NCBI RefSeq assembly: GCF_003704095.1
Contig: NW_020844944.1
Coordinates: 124,001 to 188,000, forward strand
Length of the DNA: 64,000 bases
From: Pocillopora damicornis
Taxonomy: Eukaryota
Direction of reading: 5' to 3'
The number at the start of each line of letters is the position of its first letter. Position 1 is the stretch's first letter. The position numbers and the translations under genes are program-made. Under the pieces are notes generated by a model. It saw only the letters and a list, made by a program, of their open reading frames with translations. It did not search any database and was not told the DNA's origin. Shown here piece by piece: positions 12,556-25,250 of the stretch.

Positions 12556-14015
12556 GTAAGACTTTACAGAGCTGGTCACTGTGGAACGTTCAACATGCAT
12601 AAACGAGCATCTGACAGTGGAAAATTCCGCTTTTTGGTTTTAAACGCTATAACTCATTATACAGAATTTTCAAGGCATGTCAATGGATCGTTATGTTGAA
12701 AGAAAGAAAATTACTGAGTGACCCTTTCTGGATACTGTTCCACAAGAACAAAAGTCAATCTGAAAGATGCTGTCGATTCCGTTTTTTTCATATCTTTCGA
12801 CTGTGTTTGTTTCTTAGCTCGAGTTATGGTTCCATCGAGTCATGGCGTCGTCGCTCGCAGGAGGTTTTCTACAGTTAAAAATTTAGCGAGTCGGGAGTGA
12901 CTGAGAGAATACTAGAGGCAAGGGCAAATTTCATCGTTCAAAAAGACATAGTTGAAAAAAATCAACGAATTTCACCGCTAACGTGAGAACAAAAAGAAAG
13001 TTTTGTTATGGTACATGAAATTTTCCTCTCATACAAAGTATACTCATGGAAAAAACATTCCAGAAAACACAAATTAGACGAAGTAGCTCTTGGAAAACTG
13101 TTATTCTGGATGTAATGCGTCATGATAGGATTCAGCTAATCGTATCGCAAATGGAACGGAAGTGATCCGCTACCAAACACTTCGAATCTTCGCAATTCGG
13201 AAGAAAATAAACGATTAAGAAGATGTTGACTCCCTAAGCGCAACATTTCCATAACAAAGCATTCGGGACGTTTGATTTGCACGAGAAAAAAGAGTGGTTG
13301 GATAAGCTTTAAATTCCCACTTGTGTCAAACGACAACAACCCGGCAAAATCTACTTTAATATGGTGATTCAATCAAAATGTGAGAGGTCTGTTCCCTTCT
13401 GTTTTGATATTTAAATTTTGATATTCCGCAAGTTTTATCTGGGTGTAAGCTAAGAGCTAGCGCTGAGATGAGATCATGGTCTAACCAGGCGTTGTGTAGA
13501 GGCTGTAAATAAATTTTCTTTTCTGGGTAGTATGGCAAAAAATTGGCCGCTTTTAGTACGCTGTCGATTGACCTTGGCTAAGAAAAAAAAAAAGATTTCA
13601 AAATTTCAGTTAAATATCGGCTAATTATCTAGGACAGTTTTCTTCTCTTCTGTTTATTCAAGAAAGTGTATCACCTGCGCTTTAGTAAACTTGAATCATT
13701 GGACTCTATTTATAAAAGTTGAAGACCTCGATCGTCAATTTTGGAAGTCCTTTTCTCTGGGACACAAGGCATTCAAAGAAACTCTTTGAAGGAACCGCCA
13801 TAATTAAGGGGTGCAAATGCTGAAAGCATCTTAAAAACGCATAAGTTAGCCCTAAAATCAACAGCAATCGGGCCTTTCTTTTGGAACAGCAGAACCCCCT
13901 GAAAAATAATAACTGTTCTTTCCTAAAGATAAATCCTTTGAATGCAAAAATGGTTGAATTCTGAGTGGAGATTGTAATGACCTTTTAACGTCATCATCAT
14001 GTGTTTTTCACATAG
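12556..14015 (+). other. Putative 5'-UTR intron of the class C GPCR
   Basis: Strong donor GAG|GTAAGA at 12556 and acceptor gtgtttttcacatAG at 14014-14015, 77 nt upstream of the ATG. The pairing of the two sites is inferred. Confidence 0.4.
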
Positions 14016-14092
14016 GTCTCCAGTTATCAGCGGAAATCAATTTTCATCAAAGGCTTTTCAAGATCATTGATTTATCTAGGAACGATTTCTCT

Positions 14093-16738
14093 ATGCGCAA
14101 ACAAATGGTTCGACTTCATCTGCTGTTGTTGTGGGTGACACTTCAGTTTGAACCAGGTATTAGCAACCCAAGGCGATTCTATCGACCCGGTAACGTAACA
14201 CTGGGAGTCATCTTACCACTTCATGTGAAAAACCCGCAAGACAAATGCGGCGAGTTTTACACATTTGGACTTGGTTACATCGAGGCAATCATGTTTGCCA
14301 TCGACCACATCAACAACGACACCAACTTACTCCCAAACGTCACATTAGGATTTGATATTCGAGACTATTGCGACACACCCGTTTTAGCCATGGAGACGGC
14401 GAACGACTTCGTTAAAAGTAATTACTTGAATGATTTATATGAGGGGCAAACGGAGTTAAAGATACTATTAGATAATCTAACGGCTCCCATATCAGCAGTC
14501 ATTGGAACCGAGGATTCCAGTAGTAGCACTCTGGTTTCCAGCCTCCTTCAAGTGGCTGGGATACCAACAATAAGCCCGTTTGCGACCAGCGAGGAACTTA
14601 GTTCTCCTTACTATAGCACATTCTTTCGCACCATTCCCCCTGACGGAGAGCAGGCAAAAGCCATGGTGGATATTATAGAACATTACGGATGGACGTACAT
14701 CGCAGCCGTCGTTATCGACCATTCGTACGGTCGATATGGGTTACGCGCTTTAGAGAGGGAAGCATACGACCGCAGGACGTTTTGCATCGCATTTTCTGAG
14801 TACTTAACGCATTCCGGATACAAAGGGAAAATAAAAGCGATAGTGAGAAAGCTCAAAGTGGCCAAAAATATCAAAGTGGTTGTCCTATGGAGCAACTACG
14901 AGCCTGCCAAACGGTTCTTAGCAGAAGCGACCGCACAGGGATTGGAAGATCGAACGTTTCTAATTAGCGAAGCCATAGCAGTTTTAGAAGAGGTCCTACA
15001 AGAGAACTCTGCTATTCTTAAAGGAGCTTTGGGAATACGACCATATTTGTTCACAGATGAGCCGCTGGAGCAGCATCTTAGAGGAATGACGGTGAAAGGT
15101 ACCAGATTAAGTGCTAACCCATGGTGGGAGGATTTTTGGACAAACCACCTTAATTGCTCGTGGAAAACTGGCTCAAAAGATGCATGTGATGATGACGCAA
15201 AAGTAGACCAGGAGGCCTTTTCTAAAATACACAATGCCTTTATTCCTTATCTGACTGACGCTGTGTACGCCCTAGCTTATGCCATTGATTCAATATACAA
15301 ATGCAAAGAGCCAAGTGGGCTGTCAGAGAAGGGAATATGTCCAAGCACACGATCTATCATCAAACCTAGAGACACCTTAAGGTACCTCAGGAATGTTACA
15401 TTTGACGGAATCACGGGACGGATACAGTTTACAAAAAATGGCGATCCTTTCTCCTGTTCATACGACATCGTGAACTTTCAGAAACAAGGCCATCGATACG
15501 CAAATGTTAAAGTAGGGACATGGATCGGAGGAACACTCAATAAACTCACAATAAACAGCACACTAATCAAGTGGAGTGACCCGGAAGACACCGAGAACCC
15601 GGTGTCTGTATGCAGCCAAAGCTGTCCTCCAGGATCTAAGCAAACTGCGACTGTATCTTGCTGCTGGGAGTGTATTAAATGTCCAGTCGGTAGCATCAGC
15701 ACAGAATATAGCTCCCAGAACTGCTCCCAATGTCCAGAGCAACATATGTCTAGCGAAGAAGGTACGGTATGCCTTCCCTTACCAGTTATTAACATTACAT
15801 GGAGCGACACTTCAGCGGTGATATTCACAATTCTAACAGCGGTTGGCTTATTTGGGACATGCGTGACTTTCGCTATTTTCCTAAAGAACCAGGACACCCC
15901 ACTGGTAAAGGCTTCCAATCGAGAACTGAGCTTCTTTTTGTTGTTCACCATCGCATTGTGCTTTGTGCTGACTTTGCTTCATCTCACACAACCCAGTAAG
16001 GTTCTTTGCTGCATTGTGTATCCATGGAGATACTTCGTCAGCACCGCGTGTGTATCAGTCCTGTTCCTTAAGAAAAACCGTTTAGTGCAAGCATTCCAAA
16101 CGAAAATTATCCCAAACTGGTTCAGGCACTACGTCGTGGACCCCAGACGTCAATTTCTTGTCGTCATTCTCCTCAACATAGTCGAAGTTATCCTCACTGT
16201 CTTGTGGCTTGCAATAGATCCTCCACACGAACATCAGGAGGTACGACCACAAACACACGTCTTCCACACCTGCTTGCCATTCCGCACACGGGTCGGGATG
16301 ATCCTAAGAGCCGTAATGTTCTCGTATTTCATTTTCCTTTCTCTAGTAGCCTCCATTTATGCCTTCAAAGCGAGGCACCTTCCCGAGAATTTCAACGAAG
16401 CCAGATACATCGGTTTCGCCATGTACGTTTTGCTGATATCCTGGTTCTCATTTTATCCAGTCGACTCGTCCTTGGAAGGATTTTACACCACCATAGTTGC
16501 ATGTGCCACAGCCCTGGTCACCGCATATGGACTGCTGCTGTGTATTTTCGCTCCAAAACTCTTTGTTATTGTTCTGCATCCAGAGCAAAACACAAACGAG
16601 TTCATAAAAGCGGAAATTGGTAAGTTTACGACAAGCGTTTCGCAAATTAAAATGAGGGTCCAACCCGCCAGTGGAATCGAAAATGACTGTTGTTGCTCAG
16701 TGACTGATGAGCATTGTTGCGGTAAAACAAACCTTTGA
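14093..16738 (+). CDS. Class C GPCR, extracellular calcium-sensing-receptor-like / amino-acid sensor (Venus flytrap + nine-cysteine domain + 7TM), intronless CDS, 881 aa
   Basis: Signal peptide; PGNVTLGVILPLH, EAIMFAIDHINNDTNLLPNVTLGFDIRDYC, FFRTIPPD, YGWTYI, NPWWEDFW; Cys domain PVSVCSQSCPPG...CCWECIKC; 7TM motifs TPLVKASNRELSF, AFKARHLPENFNEARYIGF, IFAPKL. Confidence 0.97.
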   Translation: MRKQMVRLHLLLLWVTLQFEPGISNPRRFYRPGNVTLGVILPLHVKNPQDKCGEFYTFGLGYIEAIMFAIDHINNDTNLLPNVTLGFDIRDYCDTPVLAMETANDFVKSNYLNDLYEGQTELKILLDNLTAPISAVIGTEDSSSSTLVSSLLQVAGIPTISPFATSEELSSPYYSTFFRTIPPDGEQAKAMVDIIEHYGWTYIAAVVIDHSYGRYGLRALEREAYDRRTFCIAFSEYLTHSGYKGKIKAIVRKLKVAKNIKVVVLWSNYEPAKRFLAEATAQGLEDRTFLISEAIAVLEEVLQENSAILKGALGIRPYLFTDEPLEQHLRGMTVKGTRLSANPWWEDFWTNHLNCSWKTGSKDACDDDAKVDQEAFSKIHNAFIPYLTDAVYALAYAIDSIYKCKEPSGLSEKGICPSTRSIIKPRDTLRYLRNVTFDGITGRIQFTKNGDPFSCSYDIVNFQKQGHRYANVKVGTWIGGTLNKLTINSTLIKWSDPEDTENPVSVCSQSCPPGSKQTATVSCCWECIKCPVGSISTEYSSQNCSQCPEQHMSSEEGTVCLPLPVINITWSDTSAVIFTILTAVGLFGTCVTFAIFLKNQDTPLVKASNRELSFFLLFTIALCFVLTLLHLTQPSKVLCCIVYPWRYFVSTACVSVLFLKKNRLVQAFQTKIIPNWFRHYVVDPRRQFLVVILLNIVEVILTVLWLAIDPPHEHQEVRPQTHVFHTCLPFRTRVGMILRAVMFSYFIFLSLVASIYAFKARHLPENFNEARYIGFAMYVLLISWFSFYPVDSSLEGFYTTIVACATALVTAYGLLLCIFAPKLFVIVLHPEQNTNEFIKAEIGKFTTSVSQIKMRVQPASGIENDCCCSVTDEHCCGKTNL

Positions 16739-17025
16739 AGGACTCAATGGACAGAGCGAAAAAGTGAACCGCAACGTTTGGTCGTGGCGTTTACTTAATA
16801 ATAGCCTTAAATCAATCATAAGCAATTTAAAACAGGGAAGCCGTGGGTTTTTATTAATTCTGTCGATACTCAGCGAATGAGTTATGATCTTCGTGCAGTG
16901 TAAATCATCCTTTTGTTTCTAAATGTACTGTAACATTTAATCGTTTCATTTGAACTTGTTCATTTTCGGCCGCACTCCTTTTTCGCAGTAATTAACGAAC
17001 AGTTTCGCAGGTTAATTTGGGTTGA

Positions 17026-17226
17026 TTTACACCCTGCATCAGTATCTATAGTCTCCATACTGTCCTATTTACATTTCCTAAGTTGCTGACAAGGAGAATT
17101 TGTTGAAAAATCAGGAGCTTCTTTGGCCTTCTGTTCTTTAGTTCTCGTGACCTTAATATTTGATCAAGAGGTGATGTTTTAATAAGGAATTAGATGCCAG
17201 TCACTCTTAGAGGTCAAAAGGGTTAA
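17026..17226. mobile_element. ~200-bp TTAA/CCCT MITE family copy
   Basis: tttacaccct.catcagt...ctccatactg...tgctgacaaggagaatttg...aagggttaa; colinear with the 39065-39279 copy. Confidence 0.7.
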
Positions 17227-17485
17227 CGTTTGATCGTTACTGAGTAAATATATGTAAAGAACCATTAATGTTATACGTAATTAATGATCCAATACTCCTT
17301 TTGGCCAGCAGTACTCCATGTCAAAAAATATAAGGACGTATCAACCAAATTCTACACTATAAAATTGCAAGATGCCGATACCTTTCACACCCTTCAGTTG
17401 GGACATATTATGAGTAACTTGGTCAACAATAAAACACCTTTATTTCTCTTTGAAAAAATGTATTTATGCTATGAACGGTAAAATG

Positions 17486-17487
<2 letters not shown>

Positions 17488-17537
<50 letters not shown>

Positions 17538-17538
17538 T
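17488..17538. repeat. (AT)n microsatellite
   Basis: atatatat...acatatacatatat... run. Confidence 0.95.
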
Positions 17539-20500
17539 TAATTTCCTTGTGATATTTTCAGTTCGCTAATGAGGGAGTAATACCAAATATCTTCACTTTT
17601 TCTTCTTTATTAGATGATAGCCATTTACCCCTTTCCCTGTACATTCATGAGTGCACCAAGTACGAAACATACACGAAACGACTTTGGTTTATAAATTTAA
17701 GACCAGTTTTACAGCACAGAATACCTTTCCGTTATCATTGCTTTGGGGTTTTACGATGCGTAATAATTTCGTTTGGTAAGGTATTCGGATTCCTCAATGT
17801 TTAAACACACTGTCAAATTCTGTAAGGTTCACGCAGAAACCATTACCGAAGTGTTTGTTGGCTCAACTGACTTCCCAGAATATACTCGTGAACGTATTAA
17901 GATGCTAAGTACCCAAAATTTGTTTTGTCTAGCTGATAACGTGAAATACTTCGCAGGCATTGGCGTTTTCGAATGGCTTTTAAGGGAACCTTGGAATGAT
18001 ATCGTTGGCTTGTTTAAAGCTGGACATGTTGGGTTTCATGGGCCGGAATCGATAAAACAGTTGCTTGTAGGATACCAAACAGTCTCAGCCTGTCCGTGCA
18101 TGGGTAAAGAAACAGCATGACAGCTAGGAGAAAGACAGGCATAAAAATATTTACATACCTCGAAGAATTATTCACACGGACCTCAAAACATTCGGAATGT
18201 GGAAGAAATTGGATTCAAGGTTATCGATTTGTGCGAATTCGTGATCTCCACAGTCATAACTGACCCGGAAGATTTATCGGCACTACCCTCGATTATTCCG
18301 CAAAAACTTGGACGGCAAACGAAACCTTCACCAGATCGTTATGGTTTCGTTACAAATCCTTTAGTCACGGTAAAGATGGTCCAAGTGTTAAAACCAACGA
18401 GCTAGTCGGGAGACTCTTACTTCAAAAGTCTCAGGAATGATAGAGATAACTTCCAAGATAAAGAAAACTATTGCAAACTCGATAAAAGTGGAGCCAAAAT
18501 CGAGTCAATTGAAGTAAAGGAAACTCGCAAGAGGGAAAATAATGTTAAATGAATGATCACTTAGTCGAAATAGTAATTAGGTTAGTAGCAGATCAAATTC
18601 ACTCTTAAACCGTTACCTGACAATCATCTTAAGAGAAAAAATAGATGAATAAGACGTTCTTTGGCTCGCTTACTGCCGCTAATTTGGTTGAAGCCTCATT
18701 GTCGCTAACGAGACAGGGCCGATGAATAATAAACGCAAAAATCACACACCATTCTTCTTCCAATTTGAACTGTACGATTCTTCTCATTCAAGCAAATATG
18801 TTTCTTAAACTGCAGATGACAAATTCCCACTCACTCAAGTCTGGTCTTATGTGGAACTTGCGCCAAAAGGAGACACTAGCCCATAAGGTACCTATTGTGG
18901 CGACACATGATTACGTCGATGTCACAATGGCCAGCCATTTTCTTCAATAATGCGGGTTTGTCTTTCCCTTTCACAAAGAAAACTTCAACAAAGCTATGAT
19001 TTGGTCGTTGAGTAAGAAACAAAAGGTGCGTGGGCCTCACTAAGATAAACACGTGGAAAGATTTAATTGTCACTTGTTTTTTGCATAATTGCCTTAACAT
19101 TAAGTCTGCGTCAATTGGTTTTGTGGCACGCTTCAGGGGAGCTAAAAATTGACGATTTTTCTGTGTTCTTGCCCGTCGGATACCTTACAACTTTTAGCTA
19201 AAGAGACATATATTTCCCTTCATCAGCTAGGAATACTCGGAAGACACTAATGGATTTTGCTAATCCTTAAATTTGCTCGCTAATATCTTCGATGACCTTT
19301 TGCAAGAGAGGACAATTTACTATTTCGTGTGAAGCAAGGCGCAAATTAAATCTACATTTATGAGGACAATAACTTAGCACTTTTAAAGTCTGGTGGGCTG
19401 AGAGGAAATGACATTTGCCTTTGAGGAAAGCTTAAATCTCCATTTGTGACAAAAAGCGTGAAAAAATCCTTTCATAAATGTCGTTCGAGCGTGTCGCCGT
19501 GGCTGAAAAAAAAAGTATCGATATTTTTCTACAAGTTAAGTGAATGACAATGATCCTCGAAAACTCTCGTTTCTTTCATTTTGAGAATGAAATGATTTTT
19601 AATAGCAATCGATACTTCTTGTATCCAAAAGATGATATTTTCCTCTTTTTTTTTGTTTTGCTTTTCATGCACTTTCGATCTGAGTTCTCTTGGATGACGG
19701 CAAGTGTTCCTCATGCATCACAAATAAAATGACAAAAATTCAATTAAAGAGTCGTTTGTATCTTTCCTTTTAACAGTTGGTTTAGTTAATTGTCTTGCTG
19801 TGTCAAAGTTGATTTTACTTCAGGAGTAATATGCTTAAGAGAAATTGTTTTCTCTGCCTTAAAGTTGCTGACACCTGAAAAGTTATTGCCCGCGGCAACA
19901 ATTGCGCCTTCGTGAATATATCCTATTTACACTTGCATATACATTACACCTTTGATAACATGAAGAACTTAGAGTCGCCATAAAGAAATAGAATCACGAA
20001 TAGGCTACTTTAAGCTAAAAGTTCAATGAAAACACCTCATCCGTTCAACTCTACAAATTATTCTACCCATAAACGAATGTTTTTCACATATTGTGAATTG
20101 GGACGCAACAATTACGTACCATGGTATTTTTTTTTGTTCAAAAATTGTAAATGCATCATAAATTGCAAAATTGTGAATAATCAATATATTTTAATGTAAT
20201 ACCGCTCATGATTTATATATTTTTAAGCTCGTTAAGAACAAATTTACGCTAATCTTTCATATTCAACTTCAGTTCTAACACATAATTTCTCGCTGAATTT
20301 CTCGTGGACACTGTGGTCTACAAGACCGACGTATATGCTTGCTCAACTGGCCAGATGTTGTAATCATCCTATATCCTTATGTTCGCCCCTCCGGTAACTT
20401 TATACTGATACAATCGATGTTTTTAATTCATTTTAACAATGATCTGCTTTAAAAACTTCTATCTTTTCTTTATCATAGAGTATTGGAGAATGTATCCTTG

Positions 20501-23500
20501 TCTTTTGTCATGATCAGGCTGTACAATTTTGTGCAAAAACAACATGATCACAGACAATCACGAACTGTATTAGATTACGGACTAAAATTAATAATTGCCA
20601 ACACTTTCACTATTTTTCTCGTGGGAAATACTCTTCTGCTCCGTGGCGGAAATTTCCTGACGCATTACGGCAACAATCGAAGTTACAACACCGGCTTCTG
20701 TAAAGTTGATACACGACAAAGCGCGCCCCTCATTTAACCACACCTTTACAGCTGATGAAGGCTTTCAAAGAGGAAATTTTACACAACTCGAATTAGTTAA
20801 ACATTCAAATGTGCCAAGAGGATGGAAAGTGGTAATTCTCCGCGGTAATTATGGCACCTCTGGCCCACAAGCCTGAAATTTCCGGATGAAAGTAATAATT
20901 GTTTTTATTGAAGTCCATTTCGAGATTTGCCTCCCTGTTTGAACAACACGCTCTACAAATTTCCACAATCTTCTCCCTTATTCCTGAAGCGACTTGATAT
21001 ACTACTATCTCGACAACGAATCATTTCAGAATATTGCAATTTAACGATGAATTTAAAAGACTTGTTTGGAGAAAGCTTAAGAAAAAACATTGAGTCTTTT
21101 TGTTCTCGGAGTGAACAAGGCCGCAAAGCGTGTGCTAGAACACCATGTTACCATGACGATAAATGAATATTGTCAATTTGAGAATGATGGATGTCTTTGC
21201 CCCGAAGATTTGAGTGATTGTTTTGACTCATTGATGAGCGCTTGAAAATTTAGCTCTGGTAGTGCCTTTCTTGTTTGTATTTCTTAAGCCTTCCATGTTG
21301 CCATTTCGCTCAAATTCAGTCATGTTTTCGCGCACGAAAAATTAAAGATTTATCGTGGCTTGTGCAGCTTGAGAAGTCCTAAAAATCAATTATGCCTTAT
21401 AATTTCTCAGAATTCCCGATACACCCCCCACTGGCTTGCACCATTAGGCAAGAATTCTCTCGTGAGAAAATTCTGAAGAATTGTCGGTTTCGCTTTCCTT
21501 CATACTATCACCGTTTGGGAACATTTCCCTTCATATGAAACCATCGACTATTTGAAGGGAACATATTGGTTTAATCGGCGATTAAGGAGTTTTCATAACG
21601 TAACCACCAATATCACATCAAGATCTGTCATGTTCAGCTAGTGATAACCAATGCTTCGCTGTTCGTGTCCAATTAGCACTTAGAGCTGCGTGTTATAATC
21701 AGAGTCATCTCTAGATACTGACTCAGTGCTGTCCCAAACACTGTGATATTTAAACCCCATTGCGAAAATGAATTTAGAAATTACCACATCAATAAATAAC
21801 GAAGATTTACTATATCTAGCGGAGTCAAATATGCCTTAAATCTACAGCTGGTCAATTCGCTTTCTTGCTAATGTTATCTAACTTTCGTATTATAAATTCT
21901 TGTGCGATATTACCACAACATGTCTCACGTAATGAGGACCTAGCATCTTCGATCAAAGGAGTTTAACCTTTAATTCAATTTCAAACAAACTACAGTAAAC
22001 CAGCGTAAAAAAAACAACAACTTGCCAAATTCTATTTCTTGTATTAATTTACACCTCCAGTTATAGACATTCCACCTCCGGATTCTCTCTTTTTAATGTA
22101 CGTGTGCATGTCGCGTTAGCCATAATTCAGTTAATTTCGATTTCAACGATGCTTTTCTTCGCCGTTACTTTATTCGAATAATCTCAGCCTTAAAGACAAG
22201 GTTCACCCGATTTTAGAGAAAAAAAAAGATCATTCGTTCAAGAAATGTAAGTTTGTGTTGCGTTTCCGCGCAGTAATGATAATTTGAAATTGATCACGAA
22301 CAACAGGGAAAATGAATCCATTGAGTTCTATTTTTCAAATAGCTTCAACAGCAGTTCAATTTCCTATTTATCCCACGCAAGAGTTAATGACTCTCGACAG
22401 TTTTCTGTCGGCAACTAGCCAAATTTTCAATGAACACATCTAACATGATCTCTCTGTAAAATAAACTAAAAGCGAACACGAAGTTTCCTGTATACCGCAT
22501 CGTATTTAATCTGTAATCTGTACAGAAGTCATCTCTAACGGACATGGATTTTTCATTAACCCCTACATTAAGTCGATTTTATTTCCATTGCACGGAGGCA
22601 AAGGCCGTAAATTGCTTTTAAAGGCCAGATCAACAAGAATTAACCAAGAAATTACAGGTTCAGGGAGATTGGACCGTAAAAGCGTTGATTTCGACTGCGT
22701 AAACGAGTTTTAGTCGAGTTCATGGTATATTCCATCGTCAAAAACACAAATTGTAAACATACTTTACTCATTTTTAATTGTGTAAGTTAGATCGCTAGGC
22801 TATTCGTCTCTTTATGAAGGAAAGATGTGTCTTTGAAATTGCTGTGAAAGTGGGTTTTTAGAAGGAATGAATCTCGACTTTAAAAGAAAGTTGAGTTTTG
22901 ATGGTCATGTGTTATTTAAAGAAAAAAATAACAGGTGGCAAAAACCAGAGGCTACAGCATATATAATATTTAGATTTAGGGTGCATAATTATACATCGAG
23001 AGCCCATGAAATCTTATTTTCGCAACTGGAACTCTCTCACTCGTGGTGCTTTATACAACTTTAACAAGTTACTTAAATACGTGAATGTGATTCAATTCGA
23101 TTACGCCAGAAATTCTTCTATTATGGATGCTGCATCCGAAAAATTCCCTTTTGCCTTGTTTCGGGTGCACAAATATTCATACAAACAACTGGCGTAAGAA
23201 AACCCCCCCTGAAATGTCTCGTTCTAGATGTTTCTGTAAGATGGTGTTCAAGCACATAAGGGACACTGATAGACAAAAACATCTACGGTTTTTAAGTTAA
23301 TAACTTTTATTTCTTCTTCAATACTTTCTTTTTTTCAGCAAAGCCACTTCTGATTCATTTACAATCTTTATGTCCTGATAAAGGTCAGCAAATATATGTT
23401 ACATACTGGTTATCTTGAAATTTATCTCTGTACAACTTTACACTAGGTGAATTTTCTTCTATAAGGCTTTATAAATTGTATATACCTTTCAGTTTTCGCC

Positions 23501-24133
23501 TACTTGATCTCCTTAAATGCCGCTTTAAAAAAGATTGTACACTATTTGCACTCTTGTAGGCAAAGAATAGTTTGTACTGGCGTGTAACCTCATCCTCTGA
23601 GAAAAGCTGAGGTAAATGTTATTATAATTTTATAACAAGAAAGGTCCTCCAAACTAACAGGAATTAACAGAAATTAAAGGGAAGAAACTGAACGAAGAAA
23701 GTTCTCATCATTGCGAATTATCTCTACGAAGAATAAAAATACAAAGATGGATTTGAAGTCGACTAAAAAGATACTAATAAGATCCTAGCATAAAACGAAT
23801 TCACAGAGGTTCTTAGTAAGTAAGCACTTATCCTTGAGAAAAGAAGAAAAAATTTTGGTATCAGTAGAACCGCATTTCTTCGTGTGTGTGTCTTCAATGA
23901 AAGAGAAATTCTTTTTATTTCTTAAGTCAAGTTTAATATCTTACAAGTGAAATAAGAGTTCTGATCGGAATTATTCTTTGGCGCCAGGTAGGATAATGGA
24001 TTAATCCAGTAAGAAGAGATCACGTTCGATTAATTCTAGGTGCTAGGCTTTGGAATCGAACGTTTTGCGCCAAAGGCCGATGATAATTACCCGTGATTTC
24101 TACTTGTTCGTGAGAATTGTAATTTCCAGAAGA

Positions 24134-25143
<1,010 letters not shown>

Positions 25144-25241
25144 CGTGCGTTAGAGATCTATCTGACTCTGGTATTTTTTAAGTTGTGGTTCGCGCTCCAC
25201 CCAAGTTCAAGAAGAGTGATTTGTTCTAAGGAGCAATCCAA

Positions 25242-25250
25242 TTATATATA
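25242..25250 (-). promoter_or_regulatory. Putative TATA box of Emx
   Basis: TATATATAA on the minus strand ~100 nt upstream of the ATG, in a TAAT-rich proximal region. Confidence 0.5.

Noticed and set aside
14492-16663. Several antisense and alternate-frame ORFs inside the GPCR
   Set aside because: Shadow ORFs of the real 881-aa CDS.
16703-16735. CTGATGA followed by a short stem at the end of the GPCR CDS (similar CTGATGA at ~8371 and ~20752)
   Set aside because: No correctly placed GAAA/NUH or stem I, so not hammerheads.
17773-18120. 115-aa plus-strand ORF
   Set aside because: Non-ATG start, no recognisable domain and no convincing splice context.
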